64,000 bases of DNA from an uncultured Actinomycetota bacterium (lineage in GTDB: Bacteria; Actinomycetota; Actinomycetes; JAHEKZ01): assembly GCA_963718235.1 (NCBI GenBank), contig CAVQYR010000002.1:704001-768000 (forward strand), given 5' to 3'. A program made the position numbers and the translations under genes. Position 1 is the stretch's first letter, and each line of letters opens with the position of its first letter. This document shows, in pieces, positions 35,608 to 44,672 of the stretch. Under the pieces are notes generated by a model. The model ran no database searches and was not told where the DNA came from. It saw nothing but the letters and a program-made list of their open reading frames with translations.

Positions 35608-36888
35608 TCAGGGCAGGGAGGGGTCGAGCCTTGCCGGCGCCCCGATCACGGCGAAGTGCGGGTGGGGGCGCAGGTGCGGTTCCACCCGCAGCCCGTCGCG
35701 GCGCATGAGCAGCCCGGCTGCGCCGACAGCCGCGACCACCGAGACCACGCCGCCCAGTGCGATCGACCAGCGTGGACCGAACGCAGCGGCGACCCACCCC
35801 ACGAGGGGTGAGCCGAGCGGCGTGCCGCCCATGAAGACGAGCATGTACAGGCCCATGACCCGTCCGCGGACCTGCGGGTCGGAGTTCAGCTGCAGGTAGG
35901 ACTGCGCAGCGTTGATCAGGGTGAGCGCGCCCGCGCCGACCAGGGGCAGGGCGAGCAGGAACGTGCCGTAGGTCGGCATCGCCGAGGCGAGCATGGCGGC
36001 GAGTCCGAAGAAGACCGCCGACAGGACGACGAGCCGCAGCGGGGGAGCGCCGCGGCGGGCGGCGAGCAGCGAGCCGGCGAGCGAGCCGACGGCGAGGACG
36101 GTGGAGGCCAGGCCGAACTGGGCCGGGCCGAGCCCGAACTCCTGGGTCGTCATCAGGGCCATGGTGAGCTGGTAGTTCAGACCGAAGGTGCCCACGAAGA
36201 ACGCGATGATCATCACCATGACCAGGGGTGGGCGGGACGACACGTAGCGCACCCCTTCGCGCAGCATTCCCTTCTCACGGGCCACCGGCTCCGGCGCGGT
36301 CATCTCGTTCACGCGCAGGAAGGCCAGGGCCACCACGACCGCCACGTACCCCGAGGCGTTGATGACGAAGACCCAGCCGCTCCCGACGGCTGCGACGAGC
36401 AGACCAGCGGCGGCCGGACCGAGCACGCGCCCGAGGTTGAACGAGGCGCTGTTGAGGGCCACGGCGTTGTGCAGGTCGCCACGGGGGACGAGCTCGGAGA
36501 CCATGGCCTGCCGGGCGGGGCTGTCGAGGGCAGCCACTACACCCAGGAGGAACGCCATCGCCATCACGAGGCCCACGGTCGCCAGGCCGGAGAGCACGAT
36601 CACGCCGAGCAGCAGGGCCAGCGCACCCATCGAGGCTCCGGTCGCCATCAGCAGTCGCCGCCGCGGGAAGCGGTCGGCCAGCGACCCGCCCCAGAGGCTG
36701 AACAGCGCGATGGGCAGGAACTGAAGGCCGACGGTGACCCCGAGCGCGACAGCCGAGCCGTCACTCAGCTGCAGGACGAGCCAGTCCTGGGCGACCCGCT
36801 GCATCCACACACCCACGTTGGCGGCCAGCTGCCCGCCGGCGTAGATGCGGTAGTTGCGGATGCGAAGCGAACGAAACGTGGGACTCAT
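35608..36888 (-). CDS. MFS transporter
   Basis: ~12 TM helices, GSLADRFPRR motif A, RGRVMG. Confidence 0.9.
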   Translation of the reverse strand: MSPTFRSLRIRNYRIYAGGQLAANVGVWMQRVAQDWLVLQLSDGSAVALGVTVGLQFLPIALFSLWGGSLADRFPRRRLLMATGASMGALALLLGVIVLSGLATVGLVMAMAFLLGVVAALDSPARQAMVSELVPRGDLHNAVALNSASFNLGRVLGPAAAGLLVAAVGSGWVFVINASGYVAVVVALAFLRVNEMTAPEPVAREKGMLREGVRYVSSRPPLVMVMIIAFFVGTFGLNYQLTMALMTTQEFGLGPAQFGLASTVLAVGSLAGSLLAARRGAPPLRLVVLSAVFFGLAAMLASAMPTYGTFLLALPLVGAGALTLINAAQSYLQLNSDPQVRGRVMGLYMLVFMGGTPLGSPLVGWVAAAFGPRWSIALGGVVSVVAAVGAAGLLMRRDGLRVEPHLRPHPHFAVIGAPARLDPSLP

Positions 36889-37325
36889 GCAGTGGCCAGC
36901 CGGTCCAGGATCGTCGCCGCCTCCGACAGGGTGGCCCGCTCGGACGGGGAGAGCTCGGCGAGCCTTCGGGACAACCAGGCCTCGCGACGCCGGCGGTCCG
37001 CGCGCAGCAGCTCCCGTGCGGGCGAGGTGACCGTGACGACGACCTGGCGGCCGTCGGTGGCGTGGGGTGTCCGGTCGACGAGCCCGGCCGACTCCAGGCC
37101 AGCCAGGACCCGGGTCATGGATGGCGGTCGCACCTTCTCGTGCGTGGCGAGCGAGCCGGGCGTGGTGGGTCCGAGCCGCTCGAGCGTGGCCAGGGTCGCC
37201 AGCTGGGTGAGGGTGAGCCCGGTGTCGGCGCGCTCCGAGCGGAGCCGCCGGGCCAGCCGCATGACCGCCAGGCGTAGCGAGCTGGCCAGGGCGCTGGAGG
37301 CGAGGGGTGCGGTGGCGATCGGCAT
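36885..37325 (-). CDS. MarR-family regulator
   Basis: LRLAVMRLARRLR, VRPPSMTR, DGRQVVV; coupled to MFS gene. Confidence 0.9.
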   Translation of the reverse strand: MPIATAPLASSALASSLRLAVMRLARRLRSERADTGLTLTQLATLATLERLGPTTPGSLATHEKVRPPSMTRVLAGLESAGLVDRTPHATDGRQVVVTVTSPARELLRADRRRREAWLSRRLAELSPSERATLSEAATILDRLATA

Positions 37326-37339
37326 GTCGTAAGGGTAAC

Positions 37340-37358
37340 TCATTACTTGTGCTAATGA
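37340..37358. promoter_or_regulatory. Putative MarR autoregulatory operator
   Basis: TCATTA-CTTGTGC-TAATGA, AT-rich inverted repeat just upstream of marR. Confidence 0.6.
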
Positions 37359-37380
37359 TTCCTGGTCCACGGACCGAGAC

Positions 37381-37404
37381 GGCATGTGAATGCGTTCACA
37401 TGCC
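37381..37404. promoter_or_regulatory. Rex/CRP-type operator upstream of serA
   Basis: GGCATGTGAA-TGCG-TTCACATGCC, 10-bp perfect arms; -10 TAGGCT at 37409. Confidence 0.7.
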
Positions 37405-37460
37405 TCGGTAGGCTGCAGGCTCCGACGCACCCCGATCGAAGCCGCCTCCGAGGACCGTTG

Positions 37461-39053
37461 ATGCCCAGCAAGCCCGTCGTGTTGATCGCCGAAGAGCTCT
37501 CACCCGCAACCCTCGAGGCGCTGGGGCCGGACTTCGAGGTCCGCCACTGCAACGGGGCCGACCGCGGCGCGCTGCTCGCAGCGATCACCGACGTCGACGC
37601 CGTGCTGGTGCGCAGCGCGACGCAGGTCGACGCGGAGGCGCTCGCCGCGGCCCGTCGGCTCAAGGTCGTGGCCCGCGCCGGCGTGGGTCTGGACAACGTC
37701 GACGTGGCCGCCGCCACTCAGGCCGGGGTCATGGTCGTCAACGCTCCGACGTCCAACATCGTGAGTGCGGCGGAGCTCGCGGTGGCGCTGCTGCTCGCTG
37801 CCGCCCGCAACATCGCGCCCGCCGACGCGGCGTTGAAGAGCGGTCAGTGGAAGCGCTCGAAGTACACCGGTACCGAGGTCTACGGCAAGACGGTGGGGGT
37901 CGTCGGCCTGGGCCGGATCGGCGTGCTTGCCGCCCAGCGGCTCCTCGCGTTCGGTACCAAGGTGATCGCGTACGACCCGTACGTCCAACCCGCTCGGGCC
38001 GCTCAGATGGGCGTGCGGCTCGTCGAGCTCGACGACCTGCTGCGCGAGGCTGACTTCATCACCGTGCATCTGCCCAAGACCGCGGAGACGGTCGGCCTCA
38101 TCGGCCACGAGCAGCTTCGCCTGGTCAAGTCGGGCGTGATCATCGTCAACGCCGCCCGTGGGGGGATCGTCGACGAGACCGCCCTGGCGGCGGCCCTGGC
38201 CGACGGTCGGGTTGCGGCGGCGGGGCTCGACGTGTACGCGAAGGAGCCCTGCACCGACTCGCCACTGTTCGGCTTCGAGCAGGTGGTGGCGACACCGCAC
38301 CTCGGCGCCAGTACTGACGAGGCCCAGGAGAAGGCCGGCATCGCGGTGGCGAGGTCGGTGCGCCTTGCCCTGTCCGGTGAGCTCGTGCCGGACGCAGTGA
38401 ACGTCGAGGGCGGGGTGATCGACGAGGACGTACGCCCGTACATCGACCTCGCCGAGACCCTGGGCCGGGTCTTCACCGGCTTGGCGGGTGCCGCGCCCGA
38501 GGCGCTGACCGTCGAAGTCCGTGGCGAGATCGCGGCATCGGAGGTCAAGGTGCTCCAGCTGGCTGCGCTCAAGGGTGCTTTCGCGGGCATCGTCGAGGAG
38601 CCCGTCTCGTACGTGAACGCCCCGGTGCTCGCGGGTGAGCGTGGGATCGCGGTCGACCTGGTCGTCCACGGCGAGAGTCCGGACCACCGCAACCTGGTGA
38701 CCGTGCGTGGTGCCCTGAGCGACGGTCGCGCGGTGTCGGTCTCGGGCACGCTCTCCGGACCCAAAGACGTCGCCAAGCTCGTGGAGATCAACGGGTTCGA
38801 CGTCGACCTCCAACCGTCGGCGTTCCTCGCGTTCTTCCGTTACCACGACCGGCCCGGGGTGGTGGGCGAGCTCGGGCGGATCCTGGGCGACCACGGCGTC
38901 AACATCGCGAGCATGCAGGTCAGCCGTGACGTGGCCGGTGGACACGCACTCATCGCTCTGACCGTCGACAGCGAGATCGGGTCGGAGGTCCTCGCAGCGA
39001 TCGTCGACGCCATCGGGGCCCACGAGGGTCGCTCTCTCGTGCTCTCGGCCTGA
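37461..39053 (+). CDS. serA: D-3-phosphoglycerate dehydrogenase (with ASB and ACT domains)
   Basis: [42 protein letters not shown]. Confidence 0.96.
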   Translation: MPSKPVVLIAEELSPATLEALGPDFEVRHCNGADRGALLAAITDVDAVLVRSATQVDAEALAAARRLKVVARAGVGLDNVDVAAATQAGVMVVNAPTSNIVSAAELAVALLLAAARNIAPADAALKSGQWKRSKYTGTEVYGKTVGVVGLGRIGVLAAQRLLAFGTKVIAYDPYVQPARAAQMGVRLVELDDLLREADFITVHLPKTAETVGLIGHEQLRLVKSGVIIVNAARGGIVDETALAAALADGRVAAAGLDVYAKEPCTDSPLFGFEQVVATPHLGASTDEAQEKAGIAVARSVRLALSGELVPDAVNVEGGVIDEDVRPYIDLAETLGRVFTGLAGAAPEALTVEVRGEIAASEVKVLQLAALKGAFAGIVEEPVSYVNAPVLAGERGIAVDLVVHGESPDHRNLVTVRGALSDGRAVSVSGTLSGPKDVAKLVEINGFDVDLQPSAFLAFFRYHDRPGVVGELGRILGDHGVNIASMQVSRDVAGGHALIALTVDSEIGSEVLAAIVDAIGAHEGRSLVLSA

Positions 39054-39067
39054 CAGGAGACGCCACC

Positions 39068-40114
39068 GTGACCAACACGTTCCGCCTGGCCGTCATCGCT
39101 GGTGACGGGATCGGGCCAGAGGTCGTGACCGAGGGTCTCAAGGTGCTCGAAGCAGTCGCGCCGCAGCACGACGTGGTCTTCGAGCGCACCGAGTACGACC
39201 TGGGCGCCCGCCGCTGGAGGGCCACCGGCGAGGCACTGCCGGACAGTGTGCTGACCGAGATCGGCGACCACGACGCGATCCTGCTGGGGGCGGTCGGTGA
39301 CCCGTCGGTGCCGAGCGGGGTCCTCGAGCGCGGACTCCTGCTGCGACTGAGGTTCGCCCTCGACCACCACGTGAACCTGCGCCCGGTGAAGCTGTACCCA
39401 GGCGTGAGCACACCTCTGGCCGACCGTGAGCCGTCGGACATCGACCTGGTCGTGGTCCGCGAGGGCACCGAGGGGCCGTACGCCGGGGCCGGCGGCGTCC
39501 TTCGTCGAGGCACCCCTCACGAGGTGGCAACCGAGGAGAGCCTCAACACGGCCTTCGGGGTCGAGCGGGTGGTCCGTGACGCGTTCGTCCGGGCGACCGC
39601 CCGACGGGGCCGGCTGACCCTCGTGCACAAGAACAATGTGCTCACCCATGCCGGCGACCTGTGGACTCGCACGTTCGAGCGGGTCGCCGACGACTTCCCC
39701 GACGTGGCCACCGACTACCTGCACGTCGACGCCGCGAGCATGTTCTTCGTCACCCAGCCCCAGCGCTTCGACGTGGTGGTCACCGACAACCTGTTCGGCG
39801 ACATCATCACCGACATCGGGGCGGCGATCGCTGGTGGAATCGGCCGGGCAGCCAGCGGCAACCTGGACACGACCCGCACGCACCCGAGCATGTTCGAGCC
39901 GGTGCACGGGTCGGCACCCGACATCGCGGGGCAGGGTCTGGCCGACCCGACCGCCACCGTGCTGTCCGTGGCGTTGATGCTGGACCATCTAGGTCTGCCC
40001 GCAGCCGCCGCAGCGGTGGAGTCGTCGGTTGCCGAGGACCTCGCGGCCCGCGGCCGGTCGGTGCGGGGCACGGCCGAGATCGGCGACGCGCTCGCCGCCC
40101 GCGCGGCCCGCTGA
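39068..40114 (+). CDS. leuB: 3-isopropylmalate dehydrogenase
   Basis: [30 protein letters not shown]. Confidence 0.95.
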   Translation: MTNTFRLAVIAGDGIGPEVVTEGLKVLEAVAPQHDVVFERTEYDLGARRWRATGEALPDSVLTEIGDHDAILLGAVGDPSVPSGVLERGLLLRLRFALDHHVNLRPVKLYPGVSTPLADREPSDIDLVVVREGTEGPYAGAGGVLRRGTPHEVATEESLNTAFGVERVVRDAFVRATARRGRLTLVHKNNVLTHAGDLWTRTFERVADDFPDVATDYLHVDAASMFFVTQPQRFDVVVTDNLFGDIITDIGAAIAGGIGRAASGNLDTTRTHPSMFEPVHGSAPDIAGQGLADPTATVLSVALMLDHLGLPAAAAAVESSVAEDLAARGRSVRGTAEIGDALAARAAR

Positions 40115-40160
40115 GCGGGCAGGCCTGCGCCCAGCACCGCACCCGGGGTAACGTCTCGCC

Positions 40161-41279
40161 ATGTCCCACGCACGGTCTGAGTCGCCCGCCATCGCCCTGA
40201 AGCCGACGTCCCAGCCGTTGGCCGCCGACCAGCGGGCGCAGATCCTGGCCGACCCGGGGTTCGGCCGCTCCTTCACCGACCACATGGTCACCATCAGCTA
40301 CACCGAGGGGCGCGGCTGGCACGACGCCCAGCTGGTGCCCTACGGACCGCTCGAGCTGGACCCGGCGACCATGGCGCTGCACTACGGCCAGGAGATCTTC
40401 GAGGGGCTCAAGGCCTACCGCTGGGACGACGGACGAATCGCCACGTTCCGGCCGGAGATGAACGCCCGGCGGTTCCAGCGCTCGGCGGCCCGGCTGGCCA
40501 TGCCCGAACTGCCGGAGCCACTGTTCCTCGAGGCCCTGGAGGTGCTGACCCGCCAGGACCGCTCGTGGGTGCCCGACCACCCGGAGATGAGCCTGTACCT
40601 GCGTCCGTTCATGCTGGCCACCGAGGTCGGCCTCGGGGTCAAGCCCGCGTCCACTTACCTGTTCCTGCTGATCGCCTCACCGGCCGGGGCGTACTTCCCC
40701 GGCGGCGTCCAGCCGGTCTCGGTGTGGCTGTCGACGGAGTACGTGCGGGCGGCGCCCGGCGGCACCGGTGAGGCCAAGTGCGCCGGCAACTACGCGGCCT
40801 CCCTGGTCGCACAGGCCCAGGCGTCGGCCCAGGGGTGCGACCAGGTCGTCTGGCTCGACGCGGTCGAGCGCCGATGGGTCGAGGAGATGGGCGGGATGAA
40901 CCTGTACTTCGTGCACGGTTCCGGCGACTCCGCACGCCTGGTCACCCCCGAGCTCACGGGCACCCTGCTCCCCGGCGTCACCCGCGACTCGCTGCTGCAG
41001 GTCGCTGCCGACCTCGGGTACGAGGCCGGGGAGGGCCGGGTCGACGTCGACGGCTGGCGGCAGGGCAACCTCGACGGTGCGATCACCGAGGTGTTCGCCT
41101 GCGGCACCGCTGCCGTGATCACCCCGGTCGGCCAGGTGAAGTCGGCCGAGGGGTCGTGGTCGGTGGGTGACGGCACTCCAGGTCCGGTGACCATGCAGCT
41201 GCGTGAGCGTCTGCTGGAGATCCAGCGCGGGCAGACGCCCGACGTCCACGGATGGATGCGCACCCTCGTCGAACCGTGA
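40161..41279 (+). CDS. ilvE: Branched-chain amino acid aminotransferase
   Basis: [40 protein letters not shown]; leaderless (TAACGT 40149). Confidence 0.96.
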   Translation: MSHARSESPAIALKPTSQPLAADQRAQILADPGFGRSFTDHMVTISYTEGRGWHDAQLVPYGPLELDPATMALHYGQEIFEGLKAYRWDDGRIATFRPEMNARRFQRSAARLAMPELPEPLFLEALEVLTRQDRSWVPDHPEMSLYLRPFMLATEVGLGVKPASTYLFLLIASPAGAYFPGGVQPVSVWLSTEYVRAAPGGTGEAKCAGNYAASLVAQAQASAQGCDQVVWLDAVERRWVEEMGGMNLYFVHGSGDSARLVTPELTGTLLPGVTRDSLLQVAADLGYEAGEGRVDVDGWRQGNLDGAITEVFACGTAAVITPVGQVKSAEGSWSVGDGTPGPVTMQLRERLLEIQRGQTPDVHGWMRTLVEP

Positions 41280-41291
41280 CCGGCCAACGGG

Positions 41292-42044
41292 TCAGCCGCA
41301 CAGCTCGGCGACAGCGGTGGCGGCCTGCTGAGCCCGCGCGGCGTAGCCCTCGGTCGACGGATGGACGTCGGTGCCGCTGAACCACTCGGGGTGCTGGGCG
41401 GCCAAGGCGTTCCACGGGACGACGTGCAGGTTGTCGTAGCGCGCAGCCGCTGCCTCCAGGACGGCGTTCACGCCCTCGTCACTGCCCGGCCGCCACACGT
41501 CGAACCACAGCACGCACCGTCTGCGCCCTGCGTCGGCCATGAGCGCGTCGACGTTCGCCGAGAGCACGAGGTCGTCGTAGTCGTTGGTGCCCAGGCTCAC
41601 GACCCAGGTCGACGGGGTCGGTGCGTAGAGCGCGTCGAGCACGTACCGGGCCGTGGTCGACCCGCGCCCCACCTCCGCCTCGACGGTCACCGGTCGGGTC
41701 GGGAGCAGGGACGGCAGGAGGTCGGCCAGTCCGAGCGCGAGGGAGTCCCCGAAGAGCAGGATCGGTGAGGTGTCGGCCGGGTCGGTGCCCTGCGGACCGG
41801 CCTCCGTCGCCGGGGTCCGTGCGGTGCCCCGGTCGGAGTCGAGGGTGCGGGCAGGAGTGGTCGCAGCGGGGGCCGAGAGCCCGGGCGCCACCCCGGCCGC
41901 CTCTGCCCCTGAGGCCGAAGCCAGCGACGCCGGGGAGCTCAGCTGCCAGGCGATGAGGCCTCCGACCCCGGCCAGCCCGGCCGCGCAGACGACCACGACG
42001 GCCCACCAGTACGCCCGGTGGGCGCGGCGGTGGCGACCGGTCAC
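41292..42044 (-). CDS. Membrane-anchored SGNH-type hydrolase
   Basis: N-terminal TM, GDSL, LGTND, DVHP. Confidence 0.75.
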   Translation of the reverse strand: MTGRHRRAHRAYWWAVVVVCAAGLAGVGGLIAWQLSSPASLASASGAEAAGVAPGLSAPAATTPARTLDSDRGTARTPATEAGPQGTDPADTSPILLFGDSLALGLADLLPSLLPTRPVTVEAEVGRGSTTARYVLDALYAPTPSTWVVSLGTNDYDDLVLSANVDALMADAGRRRCVLWFDVWRPGSDEGVNAVLEAAAARYDNLHVVPWNALAAQHPEWFSGTDVHPSTEGYAARAQQAATAVAELCG

Positions 42045-42106
42045 CGGGGGCGCGCGGGGCGACGGGGACTGCTCACGATGGTCGAGGGTATGCCAGACTG
42101 AGGCGC

Positions 42107-42133
42107 GTGTCCTCGTCGATCATCATCGGCTAG
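42107..42133 (+). CDS. cimA attenuator leader peptide MSSSIIIG
   Basis: GTG TCC TCG TCG ATC ATC ATC GGC TAG; -10 CAGACT at 42094. Confidence 0.8.
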   Translation: MSSSIIIG

Positions 42134-42158
42134 CGCGTCGGCCTGACGGCCGGCGCGC

Positions 42159-42188
42159 AGACCTCTCGCTCCTGCGGGGGGTCTTTTT
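42159..42188 (+). terminator. cimA attenuator terminator
   Basis: AGACCTCTCGC-TCCT-GCGGGGGGTCT plus T-tract. Confidence 0.8.
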
Positions 42189-42201
42189 GTTGGAGGTTCT
42201 G

Positions 42202-43821
42202 GTGCCCGTTCCCGACGCGTTCCACGTCTACGACACGACGCTGCGCGACGGCGCCCAGCGCGAGGGCATCTCCTACTCGGTGTCCGACAAGCTGGCCGTG
42301 GCCCGGCTGCTCGACGAGCTCGGGGTGGGCTTCATCGAGGGTGGCTGGCCCGGCGCCATGCCCAAGGACACCGAGTTCTTCGCTCGTGCGCACGAGGACC
42401 TGCAGCTGGCCCACGCGCAGCTGGTCGCGTTCGGGGCCACCCGCCGACCGGGCGCCAGGGTCGACGACGACCCACAGGTTCGAGCGTTGCTCGAATCGCA
42501 GGCCCCCGTGGTCACGCTGGTGGCGAAGTCCGACGTCCGGCACGTGACCGAGGCGCTGCGGACGACGCTCGAGGAGAACGTGGCGATGGTCACGGACACC
42601 GTGGCGCTGCTCGTGGCCGAGGGACGACGGGTGTTCCTCGACCTCGAGCACTTCTTCGATGGCTACCGGCACGACGCCGACTACGGGCTGCGGGTCATCG
42701 AGGCAGCGGTCAGTGCCGGCGCCGACGTGGCCGTGCTGTGTGACACCAACGGGGGGATGCTGCCCACGGAGATGCACCGGGTCGTGACCGACGTGCTCGG
42801 CCGAAGCGGGGCCCGCCTGGGCATCCACTGCCAGGACGACACCGGGTGCGCCGTGGCCAACACCCTCGCGGCCGTGGAGGCGGGTGTCACGCACGTGCAG
42901 TGCACCGCCAACGGCTACGGCGAGCGGACCGGCAACGCCGACCTCTTCGCCGTCATCGGCAACCTGGAGACCAAGCTCGACCGACGGGTCCTCCCCGAGG
43001 GCCGGCTCCAGGAGATGGTGCGGGTGTCCCACGCCCTGGCCGAGATCGCCAACATCGCCCCGGATACCCACCAGCCGTACGTCGGGGTGTCGTCGTTCGC
43101 CCACAAGGCGGGGCTGCACGCCAGTGCAATCAAGGTCTCACCGGACCTCTACAACCACATGGACCCGGTCCTGGTGGGCAACGACATGCGGGTCCTCGTC
43201 ACGGAGATGGCCGGTCGCGCTTCGATCGAGCTGAAGGGCCGTGAGCTGGGCTACGACCTGTCGCAGGACCGTGACTCGCTGACCCGCGTGGTCGACCAGG
43301 TCAAGCAGCTCGAGGCGCACGGGTACTCCTTCGAGGCGGCCGACGCGTCGTTCGAGCTGTTGCTGCGGGACGTCGTCGCCGGCCACCGTCGCCGGCACTT
43401 CACCGTCGAGTCGTGGCGAACGATCGTCGAGCAGCGACCTGACGGGGCCATCGCCAGCGAGGCGACCGTGAAGGTGCACGCATCCGGCCAGCGCATCGTG
43501 GCGACAGGCGAGGGGAACGGGCCAGTCAACGCCCTCGACAACGCCTTGCGCCGCGCTCTGGGCCAGATCTTTCCGGAGCTCGTCTCCATGGAGCTCGTCG
43601 ACTACAAGGTGCGCATCCTCGAGGGCCGTGAGGGCACCGCCTCGGTCACCCGGGTGCTCATCGAGTCCACCGACGGGCGGGGTGAGTGGGACACGATCGG
43701 CGTCCACGAGAACGTGATCGCAGCATCGTGGACGGCGTTGGAGGACGCCATCACCTACGGTCTGATCCGGGCCGGACGCGACGATGCCGTGCGGGTCGAG
43801 CCGACGGACGGGCAACGGTAG
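42202..43821 (+). CDS. cimA: Citramalate synthase
   Basis: YDTTLRDGAQREG, EGGWPG, EHFFDG, LCDTNGG, FAHKAGLH, GNGPVNALD; RBS GGAGG. Confidence 0.93.
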   Translation: MPVPDAFHVYDTTLRDGAQREGISYSVSDKLAVARLLDELGVGFIEGGWPGAMPKDTEFFARAHEDLQLAHAQLVAFGATRRPGARVDDDPQVRALLESQAPVVTLVAKSDVRHVTEALRTTLEENVAMVTDTVALLVAEGRRVFLDLEHFFDGYRHDADYGLRVIEAAVSAGADVAVLCDTNGGMLPTEMHRVVTDVLGRSGARLGIHCQDDTGCAVANTLAAVEAGVTHVQCTANGYGERTGNADLFAVIGNLETKLDRRVLPEGRLQEMVRVSHALAEIANIAPDTHQPYVGVSSFAHKAGLHASAIKVSPDLYNHMDPVLVGNDMRVLVTEMAGRASIELKGRELGYDLSQDRDSLTRVVDQVKQLEAHGYSFEAADASFELLLRDVVAGHRRRHFTVESWRTIVEQRPDGAIASEATVKVHASGQRIVATGEGNGPVNALDNALRRALGQIFPELVSMELVDYKVRILEGREGTASVTRVLIESTDGRGEWDTIGVHENVIAASWTALEDAITYGLIRAGRDDAVRVEPTDGQR

Positions 43822-43830
43822 CCTTCGGCC

Positions 43831-44625
43831 GTGCGCATCGCCCGCTTCACCATCGCCGACCAGATCGCCTATGGCGCCGTGGCTACCGTCGACGGGGGTG
43901 ACGACTCCGACCCGGACGCGCTCACGGTCACCGCGATCGACGGCCATCCGTTCGCACCCTTCGAGTTGTCCTCCGTCGTCTTTCCCCTGGCCGACGTGCG
44001 CCTGCTGCCTCCGGTGCTGCCGAGCAAGGTGATCGGGATCGGCAAGAACTACGCCGACCACGCGAGGGAGATGGGTGCAGAGCCTCCGGCGACGCCGGTC
44101 ATGTTCCTCAAGCCCTCGACGTCGGTGATCGGCCACGGCGACTCGGTGGTGCTGCCTGCGCAGTCCGACCAGGTGGAGTTCGAGGGTGAGCTGGCCGTGG
44201 TGATCGGCCGGTTGGCCAAGGACGTTCCCGCAGCCCGGGTCGCCGACGTGGTGCTCGGGTACGCCTGCGCCAACGACGTGACCGCGCGCGACCTGCAACG
44301 CAGCGACGGCCAGTGGACCCGGGCGAAAGGGTTCGACACGTTCTGCCCGATCGGCCCGTGGATCAGCACCGAGGTCGACGTCGCCGACCTGGCGATCGAG
44401 ACCCGAGTCAACGGGCAGGTGCGGCAGTCGGGACGGACCTCGCAGCTGGTCCACTCGGTGACCGACCTGGTGTGCTTCGTGTCGGCGGTCATGACTCTGC
44501 TGCCCGGTGATGTCATCCTCACCGGGACCCCTGCCGGCGTCGGCCCCCTGGCCGACCAGGATCAGGTCGAGGTGGAGGTCGAGGGAGTCGGCGTCCTGCA
44601 CAACCGCGTGACTCGGCCCGCCTGA
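43831..44625 (+). CDS. Fumarylacetoacetate hydrolase-family protein
   Basis: GKNYADH, EGELAVVIG, NDVTARD, AKGFDTF, LTGTPAGVG. Confidence 0.92.
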   Translation: MRIARFTIADQIAYGAVATVDGGDDSDPDALTVTAIDGHPFAPFELSSVVFPLADVRLLPPVLPSKVIGIGKNYADHAREMGAEPPATPVMFLKPSTSVIGHGDSVVLPAQSDQVEFEGELAVVIGRLAKDVPAARVADVVLGYACANDVTARDLQRSDGQWTRAKGFDTFCPIGPWISTEVDVADLAIETRVNGQVRQSGRTSQLVHSVTDLVCFVSAVMTLLPGDVILTGTPAGVGPLADQDQVEVEVEGVGVLHNRVTRPA

Positions 44626-44672
44626 CGCCCCCGACAGGACGGCCTCGCGTCAGCCTGGCATGATGCGCTGCC

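Noticed and set aside
42202-43821. leuA call for the HMGL-like synthase
   Set aside because: EGGWPG and EHFFDG motifs and the Ile-rich leader fit citramalate synthase.
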